Part shown: positions 41,011 through 50,977 of the stretch, piece by piece
Position numbering within the stretch: position 1 is the stretch's first letter
Layout of the letters: each line of letters opens with the position of its first letter
Assembly: GCA_965207375.1 (NCBI GenBank)
Contig: OZ242274.1
Coordinates: 288,001 to 352,000, forward strand
DNA: 64,000 nucleotides
From: Nitrosopumilaceae archaeon
GTDB taxonomy: Archaea; Thermoproteota; Nitrososphaeria; Nitrososphaerales; Nitrosopumilaceae
Direction: 5' to 3'
The notes under the pieces: generated by a model
What the model was told of the DNA's origin: nothing
What the model saw: only the letters and a program-made list of their open reading frames with translations
Database searches by the model: none
Program-made: the position numbers and the translations under genes

Positions 41011-41871
41011 ATGGCAGGCATCGAAGTATATGATAATTCCTTGATTGAACCAATTGAGCTGCGAATGATTAGACCATCACAGTTTCCAGTAAGATACTCT
41101 GCAAGAAAAAATTCACCAGAATTGATAGCCCTCAAATCAAGCATTAAAGATCACGGCTTACTTCAGCCCATAGTTGTTAGGCCTCTAGAACACGGCTTTG
41201 AGATTGTGGCAGGTCATAGGAGATTTGCTGCATGCAAGTCCCTGCGATGGCGATTTATCACCTGTAAAATACGTGAATTCTCAGACAAACAGGCATACGA
41301 GATCCAGCTTACCGAAAACCTACAGCGAAAGTCAATGGATCCTATCGAGGAGGCTGAGGCCTTTGAAAAATACGTGATAGATTTTGGGTGGGGAGGTGTC
41401 AGTGATCTTGCCAAAAAGATTGGAAAAAGCGAGGAATATGTATCACACAGAATGCAACTTTTAAAACTTTCAGAGGAGGTCAAGGACAAAGTGACCAACA
41501 ATGATTTAAGCGTCAGCAAGGCACTAGAGCTCACAAACATGGATGCCTCTCAGGTTCAAATGGCAGATGAAATAGTTGAGAACAAACTGACCGTCAAACA
41601 AATCAGAAAGATGAAAAGCAAGCTAAAGACAAATTCAGATCAAGCTAGCTCAGGCGAACCAAAATCCAAAGAGGCCAACATTGTTAGAAAAAGCACACTG
41701 GCCCTGAAAATCACACTATCACGAATCGATGATCTTATAGAGGATGCACACAAAGTCGGTCCAAAGGAGCGGGTAGATCTAATCAAGTTTCTGATGAGCA
41801 TGCGAAGAAAGACTCATTCCATGATAGATGAGACTCTAAAGTACAAAAAGAATATTCGCAAAAGGCGTTAA
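41011..41871 (+). CDS. ParB/Spo0J-like protein (orphan)
   Basis: GLLQPIVVR, IVAGHRRFAA, ENLQR..MDPIEEA, HTH LAKKIGKS..YVS. Confidence 0.9.
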   Translation: MAGIEVYDNSLIEPIELRMIRPSQFPVRYSARKNSPELIALKSSIKDHGLLQPIVVRPLEHGFEIVAGHRRFAACKSLRWRFITCKIREFSDKQAYEIQLTENLQRKSMDPIEEAEAFEKYVIDFGWGGVSDLAKKIGKSEEYVSHRMQLLKLSEEVKDKVTNNDLSVSKALELTNMDASQVQMADEIVENKLTVKQIRKMKSKLKTNSDQASSGEPKSKEANIVRKSTLALKITLSRIDDLIEDAHKVGPKERVDLIKFLMSMRRKTHSMIDETLKYKKNIRKRR

Positions 41872-41889
41872 CTTACAGCTGATGTCGGC

Positions 41890-42429
41890 TTATTTTCCAA
41901 TAAAGGGTGGAGCCCACTCTTTGAGAAATCTTTTGTATTCTGCCTCCGTATAGGAGAGTGCATAAAGTGAGGCATCTGTCTGCGGTACAAAATCATACAC
42001 CTCATAGGTTTGGATTATGTCTCCAAACAAATTTCTGTAAATGTCATTTTCCTCGTCTCCCATATCTGAAGACAAAAATGACTTTACCGTAATCCAATCG
42101 TATCCGCCCCGAGTCTTTCCTGAAAAAATCACAAACGGTGCATCGTTGAGATATTTTTTGAGTCCCTCTAGTCTGCTTGGAAGGGCCTGCGAGGTTCTAA
42201 ACGTAACTAGGTCAACGCGAACCACTCTGCCAGGAAGTTTTTTTGAATCAACTGATATCGTATATTTTTTAATTACTCCATCTTCCTCTAAGATTTTTTT
42301 GCGTGACTCTATTTCTTCTTCTGAAACATTATGACCAAATCCCTTTAGAAAATCCCAAAGCTCAAAGGTGCCCTGTTTTGAGTTTTGACTGAGTGCAGAT
42401 ATGATTAACTCGTCTATCCTATCAACCAT
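41890..42429 (-). CDS. Lrp/AsnC-family transcriptional regulator
   Basis: DRIDELII..L..NS, LEEDGVIKKYTI, RAM-like GGYDW. Confidence 0.8.
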   Translation of the reverse strand: MVDRIDELIISALSQNSKQGTFELWDFLKGFGHNVSEEEIESRKKILEEDGVIKKYTISVDSKKLPGRVVRVDLVTFRTSQALPSRLEGLKKYLNDAPFVIFSGKTRGGYDWITVKSFLSSDMGDEENDIYRNLFGDIIQTYEVYDFVPQTDASLYALSYTEAEYKRFLKEWAPPFIGK

Positions 42430-42536
42430 TTAATGAGTATGTACCAAACTGATATTTAATAAATTTTAAAACAAAACTCAAATTCATTCGTAAAACTGCA
42501 TACACCACTTTAATACTATATAATTTTTGATCTGCT

Positions 42537-44843
42537 ATGTCGGCCATCCTGCCTGAAAATATAGGATTTTTGGTATTGATCGGTGTCGGCCTGATCATGG
42601 CTATGGCAGTCACCCTGATGGTAAAGGCTGAAACAAAATGGCTTGGAACAAGAAAAACTTCTGAATGGTTTTACACTGCAGGACGTACCATCAAAACAGG
42701 ATTAATTGCCTCCTCCATAGTCTCTGCCTGGACGTGGGCTGCAACACTGTTACAATCCTCTACTGTGACCTTTGAATTTGGCATGGCCGGATCGTTTTGG
42801 TATGCTGCAGGTGCCAGCATTCAGGTGATATTGTTTTCTATTCTTGCAATAGAGCTCAAACGCAAGGCGCCGATGACTCATACGTTTCCTGAAATGCTTT
42901 ACGTCAGATACGGACGGCACTCCCACAAGGTCTTTTTGTTTTTTGGACTGATGACTAATACCATAGTTACAGCAATGCTAGTACTTGGAGGCGCCGCAGT
43001 TGTCAACTCGCTTACCGGAGTCGATATAACACTTGCAGCATTTTTACTGCCTATAGGAATCATTCTTTATACGATTTTTGGTGGACTAAAGGCGACCTTT
43101 TTTGCCGAATACCTTAATGCGGCATTTATCTTTGTGGTGGTTTTGATTTTTGTTACCGTCATCTATTTTCTGAGTCCGCAAATAGGTGGAATCGAGGGAA
43201 TGTATGACAAGCTCAGCAATGCCTCGGTGTTACGTCCTGTGGAGGGAAACGTACAGGGAAGCTTTCTGACTCTGGCATCAATTGGCGCATTAATCTTTGG
43301 TGTCATTAACATCGTAGGTAACTTTGGCACCATATTTGTAGATCAGTCCTACTGGCAACGTGCAATTGCTGCAAGACCAAAGGCTGCAACGGGTGGTTTT
43401 ATCATAGGTGGACTAGCCTGGTTTGCAATTCCATTTGCCTTGGCTACTACGCTGGGATTAGCAGCAATTGCAACCGGTGTTACACTGACTGAGGATCAAA
43501 TAGGTCTTGGTCTTGTAGCTCCTACTGCTGCCTCTCAACTAATGGGTGACTTGGGTGCAATTCTAATCCTTACAATTGTCTTTACTGCAGTAACTGCTGC
43601 AGGCTCGTCCCAACTAGTCAGCGTTTCCTCCCTCATAACATATGATGTCTTTCGAACCTATCTGAAACCCTCCTCAACAGGACGGGAACTTATTCGGGTT
43701 TCTCGATTCACAATCCTGTTTTTTGGAATAGGAATGGGAGTTTTGGCATCTTCTCTGTTCCAATTCGGCGTTAGTTTGCAGTATGTATATTTGCTTATGG
43801 GAATTTTGATTGGCTCTGCTGTAGCACCAATTTCATTTTCAATTTTGTGGAAAAAAACAAACCGATATGCTGCCACCGGTGCTGCAATAGTAGGTCTGGG
43901 GTGCGGCATCATTGCATGGTTGTCTTCTGCCAATCTGGTGGCAGGTGAAATTACTGTTTCATCAACTGGCAGTACAATTCCATTACTTGTGGGAAACATA
44001 ACCTCAATTCTTACTAGTCTTGCAATAACTCTTGGAGGTAGCCTGCTTGTTCCAGAATCATTTGACTTTCGTTCTTTAAAGCAAAAAATTCTACTAGTTG
44101 ATGACAAGGTTCGTTCAATGCTAAAACGCGATACTGATGAAAAGTTACTGGAAAAAGCCTCCAAACTGTGTAAAAGAGTTGGATTTGGCATAACTGTTTT
44201 TCTTGTAATTGTGTGGCCAATGTCGTTTTATCTGACAGGTTATGTCTTTTCATTGGAATCTTTTACAACCTGGGTTATACTGGCAGTAGTCTGGGCCTTT
44301 GCAGCCGCCGGTGCCGTTGTAATTTTGCCCTTTTTAGAGGCAATCCCTAGCATTAGAGAGATAATTTCAAAGACTAGCTATGCCGAAGAACAAAAAAATA
44401 GATTTGATTCACAGCAAGACTCTGATCTAAAACCTGTAATGAAAATTCTTGTTCCAGTAGATGGTTCGGTGCGATCTCTCAAGGCACTCAACAATACAAA
44501 TTATTTGTTCAGGGGCAATGCACGAGTAAAGATTTACCTGTTGCACGTTATAGAATGGTCCGATGAGAACGAGGAAAACATGGATGAGGAACTAAGCGCA
44601 CAGATGCAAGAGGAGGGACGACTGATTCTTAGAAGTGTTCTAGTCCCCAAACAAATCAATGATTATGCAAGAATTGTAAAACTTGGGGATCCGCCAGTCA
44701 AGATAGCAGAAATGGCAGACAAGCTGGGTGTAGATATAATTGCAATGGGAAGAAAGGGTCTTGGAGGCACAAAGGATGACTTTGGCCATGTAACTAAAAA
44801 GGTACTAAAGCTTACATCCAAGCCTGTAATATTGATAAATTAA
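42537..44843 (+). CDS. DUR3-like urea transporter (SSS family) fused to a C-terminal USP domain
   Basis: SAWTWAATLLQSS, GNFGT.FVDQSYWQRAIAA; C-terminal KILVPVDGS...GDP...IAMGRKG...G.V.KKVL....PVIL. Confidence 0.9.
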   Translation: MSAILPENIGFLVLIGVGLIMAMAVTLMVKAETKWLGTRKTSEWFYTAGRTIKTGLIASSIVSAWTWAATLLQSSTVTFEFGMAGSFWYAAGASIQVILFSILAIELKRKAPMTHTFPEMLYVRYGRHSHKVFLFFGLMTNTIVTAMLVLGGAAVVNSLTGVDITLAAFLLPIGIILYTIFGGLKATFFAEYLNAAFIFVVVLIFVTVIYFLSPQIGGIEGMYDKLSNASVLRPVEGNVQGSFLTLASIGALIFGVINIVGNFGTIFVDQSYWQRAIAARPKAATGGFIIGGLAWFAIPFALATTLGLAAIATGVTLTEDQIGLGLVAPTAASQLMGDLGAILILTIVFTAVTAAGSSQLVSVSSLITYDVFRTYLKPSSTGRELIRVSRFTILFFGIGMGVLASSLFQFGVSLQYVYLLMGILIGSAVAPISFSILWKKTNRYAATGAAIVGLGCGIIAWLSSANLVAGEITVSSTGSTIPLLVGNITSILTSLAITLGGSLLVPESFDFRSLKQKILLVDDKVRSMLKRDTDEKLLEKASKLCKRVGFGITVFLVIVWPMSFYLTGYVFSLESFTTWVILAVVWAFAAAGAVVILPFLEAIPSIREIISKTSYAEEQKNRFDSQQDSDLKPVMKILVPVDGSVRSLKALNNTNYLFRGNARVKIYLLHVIEWSDENEENMDEELSAQMQEEGRLILRSVLVPKQINDYARIVKLGDPPVKIAEMADKLGVDIIAMGRKGLGGTKDDFGHVTKKVLKLTSKPVILIN

Positions 44844-45021
44844 ATTGTACATGATAGATGAGGTGTCCTTAGATGACTTTTGAGATTTACTGTATACCTG
44901 AAGCATTGAGACTATCGTTTTATTTTAAAATATTTGTCCATCAAATGCTGTCATGTTAACGTATTTTCATGCAATTTTTGGAATACCTTCAGAATTGATC
45001 CTAATATAGTATTGACAAACT

Positions 45022-45383
45022 ATCTAGTTGTCGTCTTGTTTTTGTATCGTGGCATTCTGTTTTTGTATTAATTTTTCCTGATTTTGTATTATTTGCTTTA
45101 GATTTTATATCATGCCTTTTTGTTCTTGTATCCTACCATCTTGATTTTGTATTAATTTTTCCTGAGTCTGTATTAATTTTTCCTGTTTTTGTATCATACT
45201 ATTCTGATTTTGTATTATTTGCTTTTGAGTCTGTATTATTTTCTCTTGATTTTGTATCACCTCTTCCTGATCTTGCATTCTATAATTTTGTTCTTGTATC
45301 ATATCCTCTTGTATCTCTGTTGTTTGTTTGAGTTTTAGATTCTTATTTCGTTCATCTTTGTAGAGTTTTTTGTAATCTGTCAA
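45022..45383 (-). pseudogene. Gln-rich heptad-repeat (21-bp) coiled-coil ORF with internal stop
   Basis: IQ.Q...-type heptads continue past the TAA at 45105. Confidence 0.5.
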
Positions 45384-45687
45384 TGTATGATTTGACTATT
45401 TGACCTCATTTAGATCCTGTTGATAAAAATTTGATCGTAAATGGTCAAACCTTAATCACTACATTACGACTTTGCAACAATTAAAAGCAGAACTGTTGCA
45501 TTTTGCAGTCATTATTGTATTTTACCGCCCCCTTGGTTATATAAGAAACGATATTAAATTGCGACATATTTTTTTGCACTGGTAATATTTTTAAGATTCC
45601 ACAATTTAACAATAAACTCAAAAGCAATCCCTAACTGCTCAAAAGCAAATTTGTCTAGAAAATAGATACAACTGCTTTAGAAATTTT

Positions 45688-45783
45688 GCAAGTGTTAACG
45701 TTATGTCTAAATTTTTATTCTATCTTTTGACAAAAGTAATTTCATACCTAAAATTACCATAAATTCAAAACAACAACAGATAC
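45688..45783 (-). mobile_element. IS66-type MITE, copy 3 (96 bp, inverted)
   Basis: Reverse complement matches 4789-4889; flanks gaaatttt / gagatttt (7 of 8, target duplication). Confidence 0.78.
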
Positions 45784-45794
45784 GAGATTTTTAT

Positions 45795-46718
45795 CTAGTT
45801 TTTTCTGATTCCAAAAAACGGTGCATCTATTGCTATCTGTCTTACAACACCTACCATCTCCAAAATCATATCTTTGACAAGCTCTGTTTGATTTCCAAGA
45901 ATTCTCACCAATAATCCCGTATCATCTTTCATATAACTGACTCCGCCAGAAATCTCTGAATTTTTAGAAATTATATTGCTGATTATACCGTGTAATTTTA
46001 AGATACTATCTTTTTTTGACAGGACATAGACTGAGCCTATGATTGTATAGTCTCCCAAAATGCCAAATGATAAAAGTTTCTGACTTTTTGGTTCAAGATT
46101 TGCAATGTCTGTAAATCTTGGAATCTTTTTTTGATTACACGATACTGTCTTGAGATAGCACACATCATACTCAAATGACTCTTTCATTGCAACGCGTCCG
46201 GGAGTGATTATCTCCGAATAAATCATAGTGGCCGAATCATGCACATCCAAATTCACTTTTTGATAAAATCTTGAAGTCTTGTACGGAATTATCTGGTCTG
46301 GAATAAACTCCAAATACGAGTCCTCATGTAACGTGATGTTGATCATTTGAGTTGCACTGTTTGAATTCATACTGTAAATTCTAGTTGCACCCTGCGTTGT
46401 AATGTGAGCCTTTGAGTTTTTTTTTAGTGTAACGTCGATTCTATATCGGTCCCCCTGTAATATGCCGCCTGAGGTTGAAACAACGTACAAATTTGCCAGC
46501 TTCGGACATGCATCATCGCGCAATGCCCTTTGCACCTGAAGTGGTACCTCAGAGAACAACTCTTCAATGACGGTCTTGCCGGTTTCATCATTTTGAAAAA
46601 TCAGTCTTAGAGAACCTTTTTTTCCAGCCCTTCCAACTGCAAGCTGCCTTACCTCTGAGTCAAACGCCCTGATATTTTCAGGCACGTCTGAGGGAGTGTA
46701 AAAATTCAAATCGTTCAT
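45795..46718 (-). CDS. ureD: Urease accessory protein UreD
   Basis: [33 protein letters not shown]. Confidence 0.93.
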   Translation of the reverse strand: MNDLNFYTPSDVPENIRAFDSEVRQLAVGRAGKKGSLRLIFQNDETGKTVIEELFSEVPLQVQRALRDDACPKLANLYVVSTSGGILQGDRYRIDVTLKKNSKAHITTQGATRIYSMNSNSATQMINITLHEDSYLEFIPDQIIPYKTSRFYQKVNLDVHDSATMIYSEIITPGRVAMKESFEYDVCYLKTVSCNQKKIPRFTDIANLEPKSQKLLSFGILGDYTIIGSVYVLSKKDSILKLHGIISNIISKNSEISGGVSYMKDDTGLLVRILGNQTELVKDMILEMVGVVRQIAIDAPFFGIRKN

Positions 46719-47368
46719 TTTTTTGCAAGCATGACCTTTGGTTCTGCATCAAATAACACGTCATGTATAATGTATCGTGCTATATCGTCTATGCCCTCGT
46801 CTGTTTTGCAGTTTATGAACAAAAATGGCTTTTCGGCCCTAAGATTTTTTGCATCATTTTTCATTGCGTTTAGATCCGCACCCACATGTGGTGCCAGATC
46901 AATTTTATTAATTGCCAAAAGATCACAGCTTTCGATTCCCAATCCTCCCTTTCTGGGATATTTGTCACCGCCTGCAACATCGATAATATATATAAAATAA
47001 TCTGCTAAAATGGGACTAAATGTTGTTGTAATATTGTCTCCTCCGCTTTCTATGATAATCAGATCCAATCCAGAATGATTTTGCTCTAGCTCCTCTATTA
47101 CCGATATGTTCATGGATGGATCTTCTCTGATTGCAGTGTGTGGGCATCCGCCTGTGGCCAAGCCAATTACCATATTCGCAGGTAACAACCCTCCATCTGT
47201 AGCCAAATTCTTTCTCATTCGATCTGCATCTTCTTTTGAAATGACATCGTTAGAAATTATACTGACATTGTAACCCTTCTTTGCTAGTATCGGCACAACC
47301 CTTTCTATGAGCATGCTTTTTCCCGATCCAACAGGACCACCTATACCTATTCTGGGAATTCGCGTCAT
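46715..47368 (-). CDS. ureG: Urease accessory GTPase UreG
   Basis: [34 protein letters not shown]. Confidence 0.97.
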   Translation of the reverse strand: MTRIPRIGIGGPVGSGKSMLIERVVPILAKKGYNVSIISNDVISKEDADRMRKNLATDGGLLPANMVIGLATGGCPHTAIREDPSMNISVIEELEQNHSGLDLIIIESGGDNITTTFSPILADYFIYIIDVAGGDKYPRKGGLGIESCDLLAINKIDLAPHVGADLNAMKNDAKNLRAEKPFLFINCKTDEGIDDIARYIIHDVLFDAEPKVMLAKK

Positions 47369-47386
47369 CCTAATACGACCTAAACT

Positions 47387-48106
47387 TTACGTAATAAACA
47401 TTTTAGAATCCATTGCCTCGTGTGACATTTGATTAATTTCCATTTGCGGTGCAAACTGCCACATGTCTTTGATGGTCTTGTTACAGTATTTTTTTGCAAC
47501 CTGCTCCATTGTAGGTTTTAACTTGTGAATTACCTTCTGACCTTCAAAATGGTGAATCATTCCCAAACGCAATGCTGCACCAACACTGCTTGTAACAAAA
47601 CCATAAAGCAACACAAGCTGCGCCCTATCTCTTTTAATTTGCAATGCATTGCAACATATTGCAAATGAAACAGGATAACTGCCTGTAACGCCTCCTTTTT
47701 GAATCTCGTCATAGTACCAGTTCAACAGTTTATCATTTGGCCAAAACTCTTTGACGCATCTTGCCATCTGTATTCCTGATCTAAATGATGCCTCTCTAGT
47801 CTCTTTTATCGTTTTCATTGAAGCATACGTTGAATCTATCTCTCTAATTTTTTCATATTGTAATGATTTTGTATAGTCATAGGTATTTGATAATGCAATA
47901 CAGTCACACGGGCCTAGCTGCTGTTCAAGATGTACTCTGTTAAACTCTACTAGCTGCTCTGCTGAGGTCACCTTGTTGTCCAAAAACAGACGCTCCAACC
48001 CATTTGAGGTCGAAAACAGTCCTGTGGGAAAAAACGAATCAGACAGCTGCATCACGTCAAGCTGACTTGCAAGCTCATTCATGGCCCTGTATATCAGCTC
48101 CTGCAT
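47387..48106 (-). CDS. ureF: Urease accessory protein UreF
   Basis: QLSDSFFPTG.F..S.GLE, AALRL, H....SKMFIT; start probably 48082. Confidence 0.93.
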   Translation of the reverse strand: MQELIYRAMNELASQLDVMQLSDSFFPTGLFSTSNGLERLFLDNKVTSAEQLVEFNRVHLEQQLGPCDCIALSNTYDYTKSLQYEKIREIDSTYASMKTIKETREASFRSGIQMARCVKEFWPNDKLLNWYYDEIQKGGVTGSYPVSFAICCNALQIKRDRAQLVLLYGFVTSSVGAALRLGMIHHFEGQKVIHKLKPTMEQVAKKYCNKTIKDMWQFAPQMEINQMSHEAMDSKMFIT

Positions 48107-48584
48107 GTGGACTAAAGATTACCTCCTCAATTGAGAGTTTGACTCTGTCAATCACTTTTGCAAACAGATTCTGAAATACTGTTATCTCAGAGTCTGCCTG
48201 AATCGGAAAGGAGACTGTATCATTTTTTATTGAAATTGGTCTGTGTCTGTTTCCTATAATGTGTCCAAGTATTACAAGATCATCGCTAGATGCTGTGTCT
48301 TTTAATCTGACAGACATTACCTTTTCTGGCAGCTGTTCTATTACTATGGTACATTGCTTATTTGACAACATGTCACCGTGATGCAGGCGCTCACCCGGAT
48401 TTAAAATTATGCCGATATCTGTGCCAGCATCTGTTTTTTTTCGTATGCGTTTTTTTTCAAGCTCCAACCGTGAAACTTTGATGCGTTCAATTGTTTTATT
48501 TTCTATCGATTCATATTTTTTGCCATCAAAAATGTTTCCGTAAACGGACGTAAAAGTCAACACAGTAATTTGTAGATGTGACAA
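48075..48584 (-). CDS. ureE: Urease accessory protein UreE
   Basis: KKRIRKKTD.G, L.HGD.L, GHIIGNRH.P. Confidence 0.9.
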   Translation of the reverse strand: MSHLQITVLTFTSVYGNIFDGKKYESIENKTIERIKVSRLELEKKRIRKKTDAGTDIGIILNPGERLHHGDMLSNKQCTIVIEQLPEKVMSVRLKDTASSDDLVILGHIIGNRHRPISIKNDTVSFPIQADSEITVFQNLFAKVIDRVKLSIEEVIFSPHAGADIQGHE

Positions 48585-48636
48585 GTTATATGTATAAATT
48601 CGTCCCTTGTATCAAGTTATTTTTTGTCAAAAACTG

Positions 48637-50129
48637 GTACTTGTTCACCTATTTTTGAGCATTTTTGGCCCTAAATGTACCGAACCAGCTCTACTAGATA
48701 ATCCTGTCCCAGATTCTTCCAGGTAGTAACACACGTATACAGATTGCCTCTACGCTCCATACTTTTTTCAGATCTGAGACATCCACGTATTCTCCTGCAC
48801 ACGACATACTCACGCAGGCTCTGCTCTGCAAGATTGCTTGTAGATGGTATACGAGGGTCTATGACAAACCGGAACATGTCAGGTATGGCCCGTGACAGTT
48901 TTGCTACAAATTTACCCACAATTTCATCATTGGCATACCTTTTGACAAGGTTACGTGTTCTTTTTTCCAATTGTACAGCATATGATTCTCTGTAATCAGG
49001 TGGTTTGTCTAGGACATGTTTGCCGTCATGGTATATTTTCTGTAGGCATTGTAGTGTATTTTTTGCAATTTTAGAATCTGGATTCTTTTGTGATATTGTT
49101 TTGATTTCACGTATTAGGTGCGCGTTACATCTCTGGATGATATATCTGCGGTATGGAGGCCATCCGTCACAGGTAATGATTATATCTTGTGAGTCACCTA
49201 TTATTTCCTTGAGTACGTTTGCTCCCCTGCTGGGATTAATTATATAGAAATTCTCACTTGTAATTGGATTATGAAACGTCCACAACCATATAGTCTTTCC
49301 ATGCAGTCGCTCTGATGTCTCATCTGCTATCAGAATCTCGGCTTCCTGTATCTTTTCTTTTATCTCATTTGCAGGCACAAATAACGCATCAGAGACTGTA
49401 TCTATGATGTTTTGAATACCTCCTTCAGATATTTCGATTCCACGTCTTTTCATGGCCTCCTTGTTCATACGTACCGGCATGCGATGTATGTGGTTATCCA
49501 TTATCTCCTTTATCACTTCATTTCCAAACTGACCTTTTTTTGGAATGTCAACCTCGGGTGTAATGTCAGTAGCTCCACAGCAGTTGCAATGATACCCATG
49601 AATCTTGTGCTTGCAAGTATGTGGAGGAGGAGTTTTTACAATATCAGTTATTATCCTGATTTTGGTGTCTGTATGGTGTATGTCTTGAGAACCACACTTG
49701 GTACACGTGTCTAATTTGTGCTCTTTTTCTTCATCTACTTTGACCTTGCGGGTTACACCTGTGCGACCAGGTTGTCCTCCCTGTTTTTTTCCAGTAGATT
49801 TTTTGTTCTCTGCACGTATTTTGCGGTCCTGCTTGCGTGTAATGGAATCCTTAGATGGAGGAGTATTGGAATTGTCATGATAGTTGTCACGTTTGGTAAG
49901 CTCTTGAATTTTTATCTTTTTGTAGTAAGAGGTCATCTTTTTGTAATATGATTTTTTGTAAACTTGATACTAGAGATTCAAGAAGAAGGACTTTTCGGTG
50001 TTCCTTTTTGTATGCACTTTTCCAGTTGATGGTACTCATTATACAACTTGTGAGTCAGAATGATTTAGATCTGATGGTGATCAAAATTTGAACAAATGGT
50101 GAAATTGTAGACACCACGTGAACAAGTAC
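48637..50129 (-). mobile_element. Complete IS66-family element
   Basis: 12-bp perfect IR gtacttgttcac/gtgaacaagtac; 8-bp target duplication AAAAACTG (48629-48636, 50130-50137). Confidence 0.95.
48671..49936 (-). CDS. IS66-family transposase (TnpC-like)
   Basis: NSNTPPSKD, GGQPG, C..C zinc finger, ADET, CDGW..Y, QRCNAHLIRE, TSNLAEQSLR. Confidence 0.93.
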   Translation of the reverse strand: MTSYYKKIKIQELTKRDNYHDNSNTPPSKDSITRKQDRKIRAENKKSTGKKQGGQPGRTGVTRKVKVDEEKEHKLDTCTKCGSQDIHHTDTKIRIITDIVKTPPPHTCKHKIHGYHCNCCGATDITPEVDIPKKGQFGNEVIKEIMDNHIHRMPVRMNKEAMKRRGIEISEGGIQNIIDTVSDALFVPANEIKEKIQEAEILIADETSERLHGKTIWLWTFHNPITSENFYIINPSRGANVLKEIIGDSQDIIITCDGWPPYRRYIIQRCNAHLIREIKTISQKNPDSKIAKNTLQCLQKIYHDGKHVLDKPPDYRESYAVQLEKRTRNLVKRYANDEIVGKFVAKLSRAIPDMFRFVIDPRIPSTSNLAEQSLREYVVCRRIRGCLRSEKSMERRGNLYTCVTTWKNLGQDYLVELVRYI

Positions 50130-50297
50130 AAAAACTGCAATTTTTGTACAAGCCTTGACAAATTCTATGTTACGTTATGTTGCCAACTATCATTTTACGT
50201 AGTATAACACAGGACAAAAACTCTTTTCCATAATGCCTTTTGCTTGAGCACTCTATCTTAAATCATCTTAAATACATAAAGTGAACTAGTCTATTCA

Positions 50298-50600
50298 ATG
50301 ATGCTTACACCGCGTGATATTGACAAATTGTATATTTTTTTAGCCGCACAGCTTGCCAGACGCAGAAAGGACAGAGGTCTGAAACTGAATCATCCCGAAG
50401 CTGTGGCATTAATTACCGATCATATTTTAGAAGGAGCACGTGATGGAAAATCCGTCTCTGATTTGATGAGCTCAGGCAGAAAAGTTCTCTCAAAAGATGA
50501 CGTATTACCTGAGGTTCTAGAGCTAATCCATTCAATTCAAGTAGAGGCCACATTTGATGACGGAACAAAGCTAGTTACTGTCCATGACCCAATAGTGTGA
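50298..50600 (+). CDS. ureA: Urease gamma subunit
   Basis: [35 protein letters not shown]. Confidence 0.98.
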   Translation: MMLTPRDIDKLYIFLAAQLARRRKDRGLKLNHPEAVALITDHILEGARDGKSVSDLMSSGRKVLSKDDVLPEVLELIHSIQVEATFDDGTKLVTVHDPIV

Positions 50601-50977
50601 TGTGTATGAAGCCCGGCGAATACATGATATCTGATCAGGAAATTTCAGCCAATATAGGAAAAGAAACAGTCACTATACGGGTAGTCAATTCAGGTGACAG
50701 ACCTGTACAGGTAGGATCCCACACTCATTTTTTTGAGGTAAATCGGGCCCTTGTGTTTGCACGGGAAAAATCCTACGGATTCCACCTAAACATTGCAGCA
50801 GGAACATCAATAAGATTTGAACCAGGCGACTCCCGACAGGTGGATCTTGTTCAATACGGAGGAAAGAGAATTGTTTTTGGATTTAACGGACTAGTCAACG
50901 GACCATTAGATGAAAAAAAGACGCAAGCTTTTGCCAAAGCAAAACAAAAAGGATTCTGGGACGATACAAAGTCATGA
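50597..50977 (+). CDS. ureB: Urease beta subunit
   Basis: [28 protein letters not shown]; start probably 50600 or 50606. Confidence 0.98.
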   Translation: MMCMKPGEYMISDQEISANIGKETVTIRVVNSGDRPVQVGSHTHFFEVNRALVFAREKSYGFHLNIAAGTSIRFEPGDSRQVDLVQYGGKRIVFGFNGLVNGPLDEKKTQAFAKAKQKGFWDDTKS

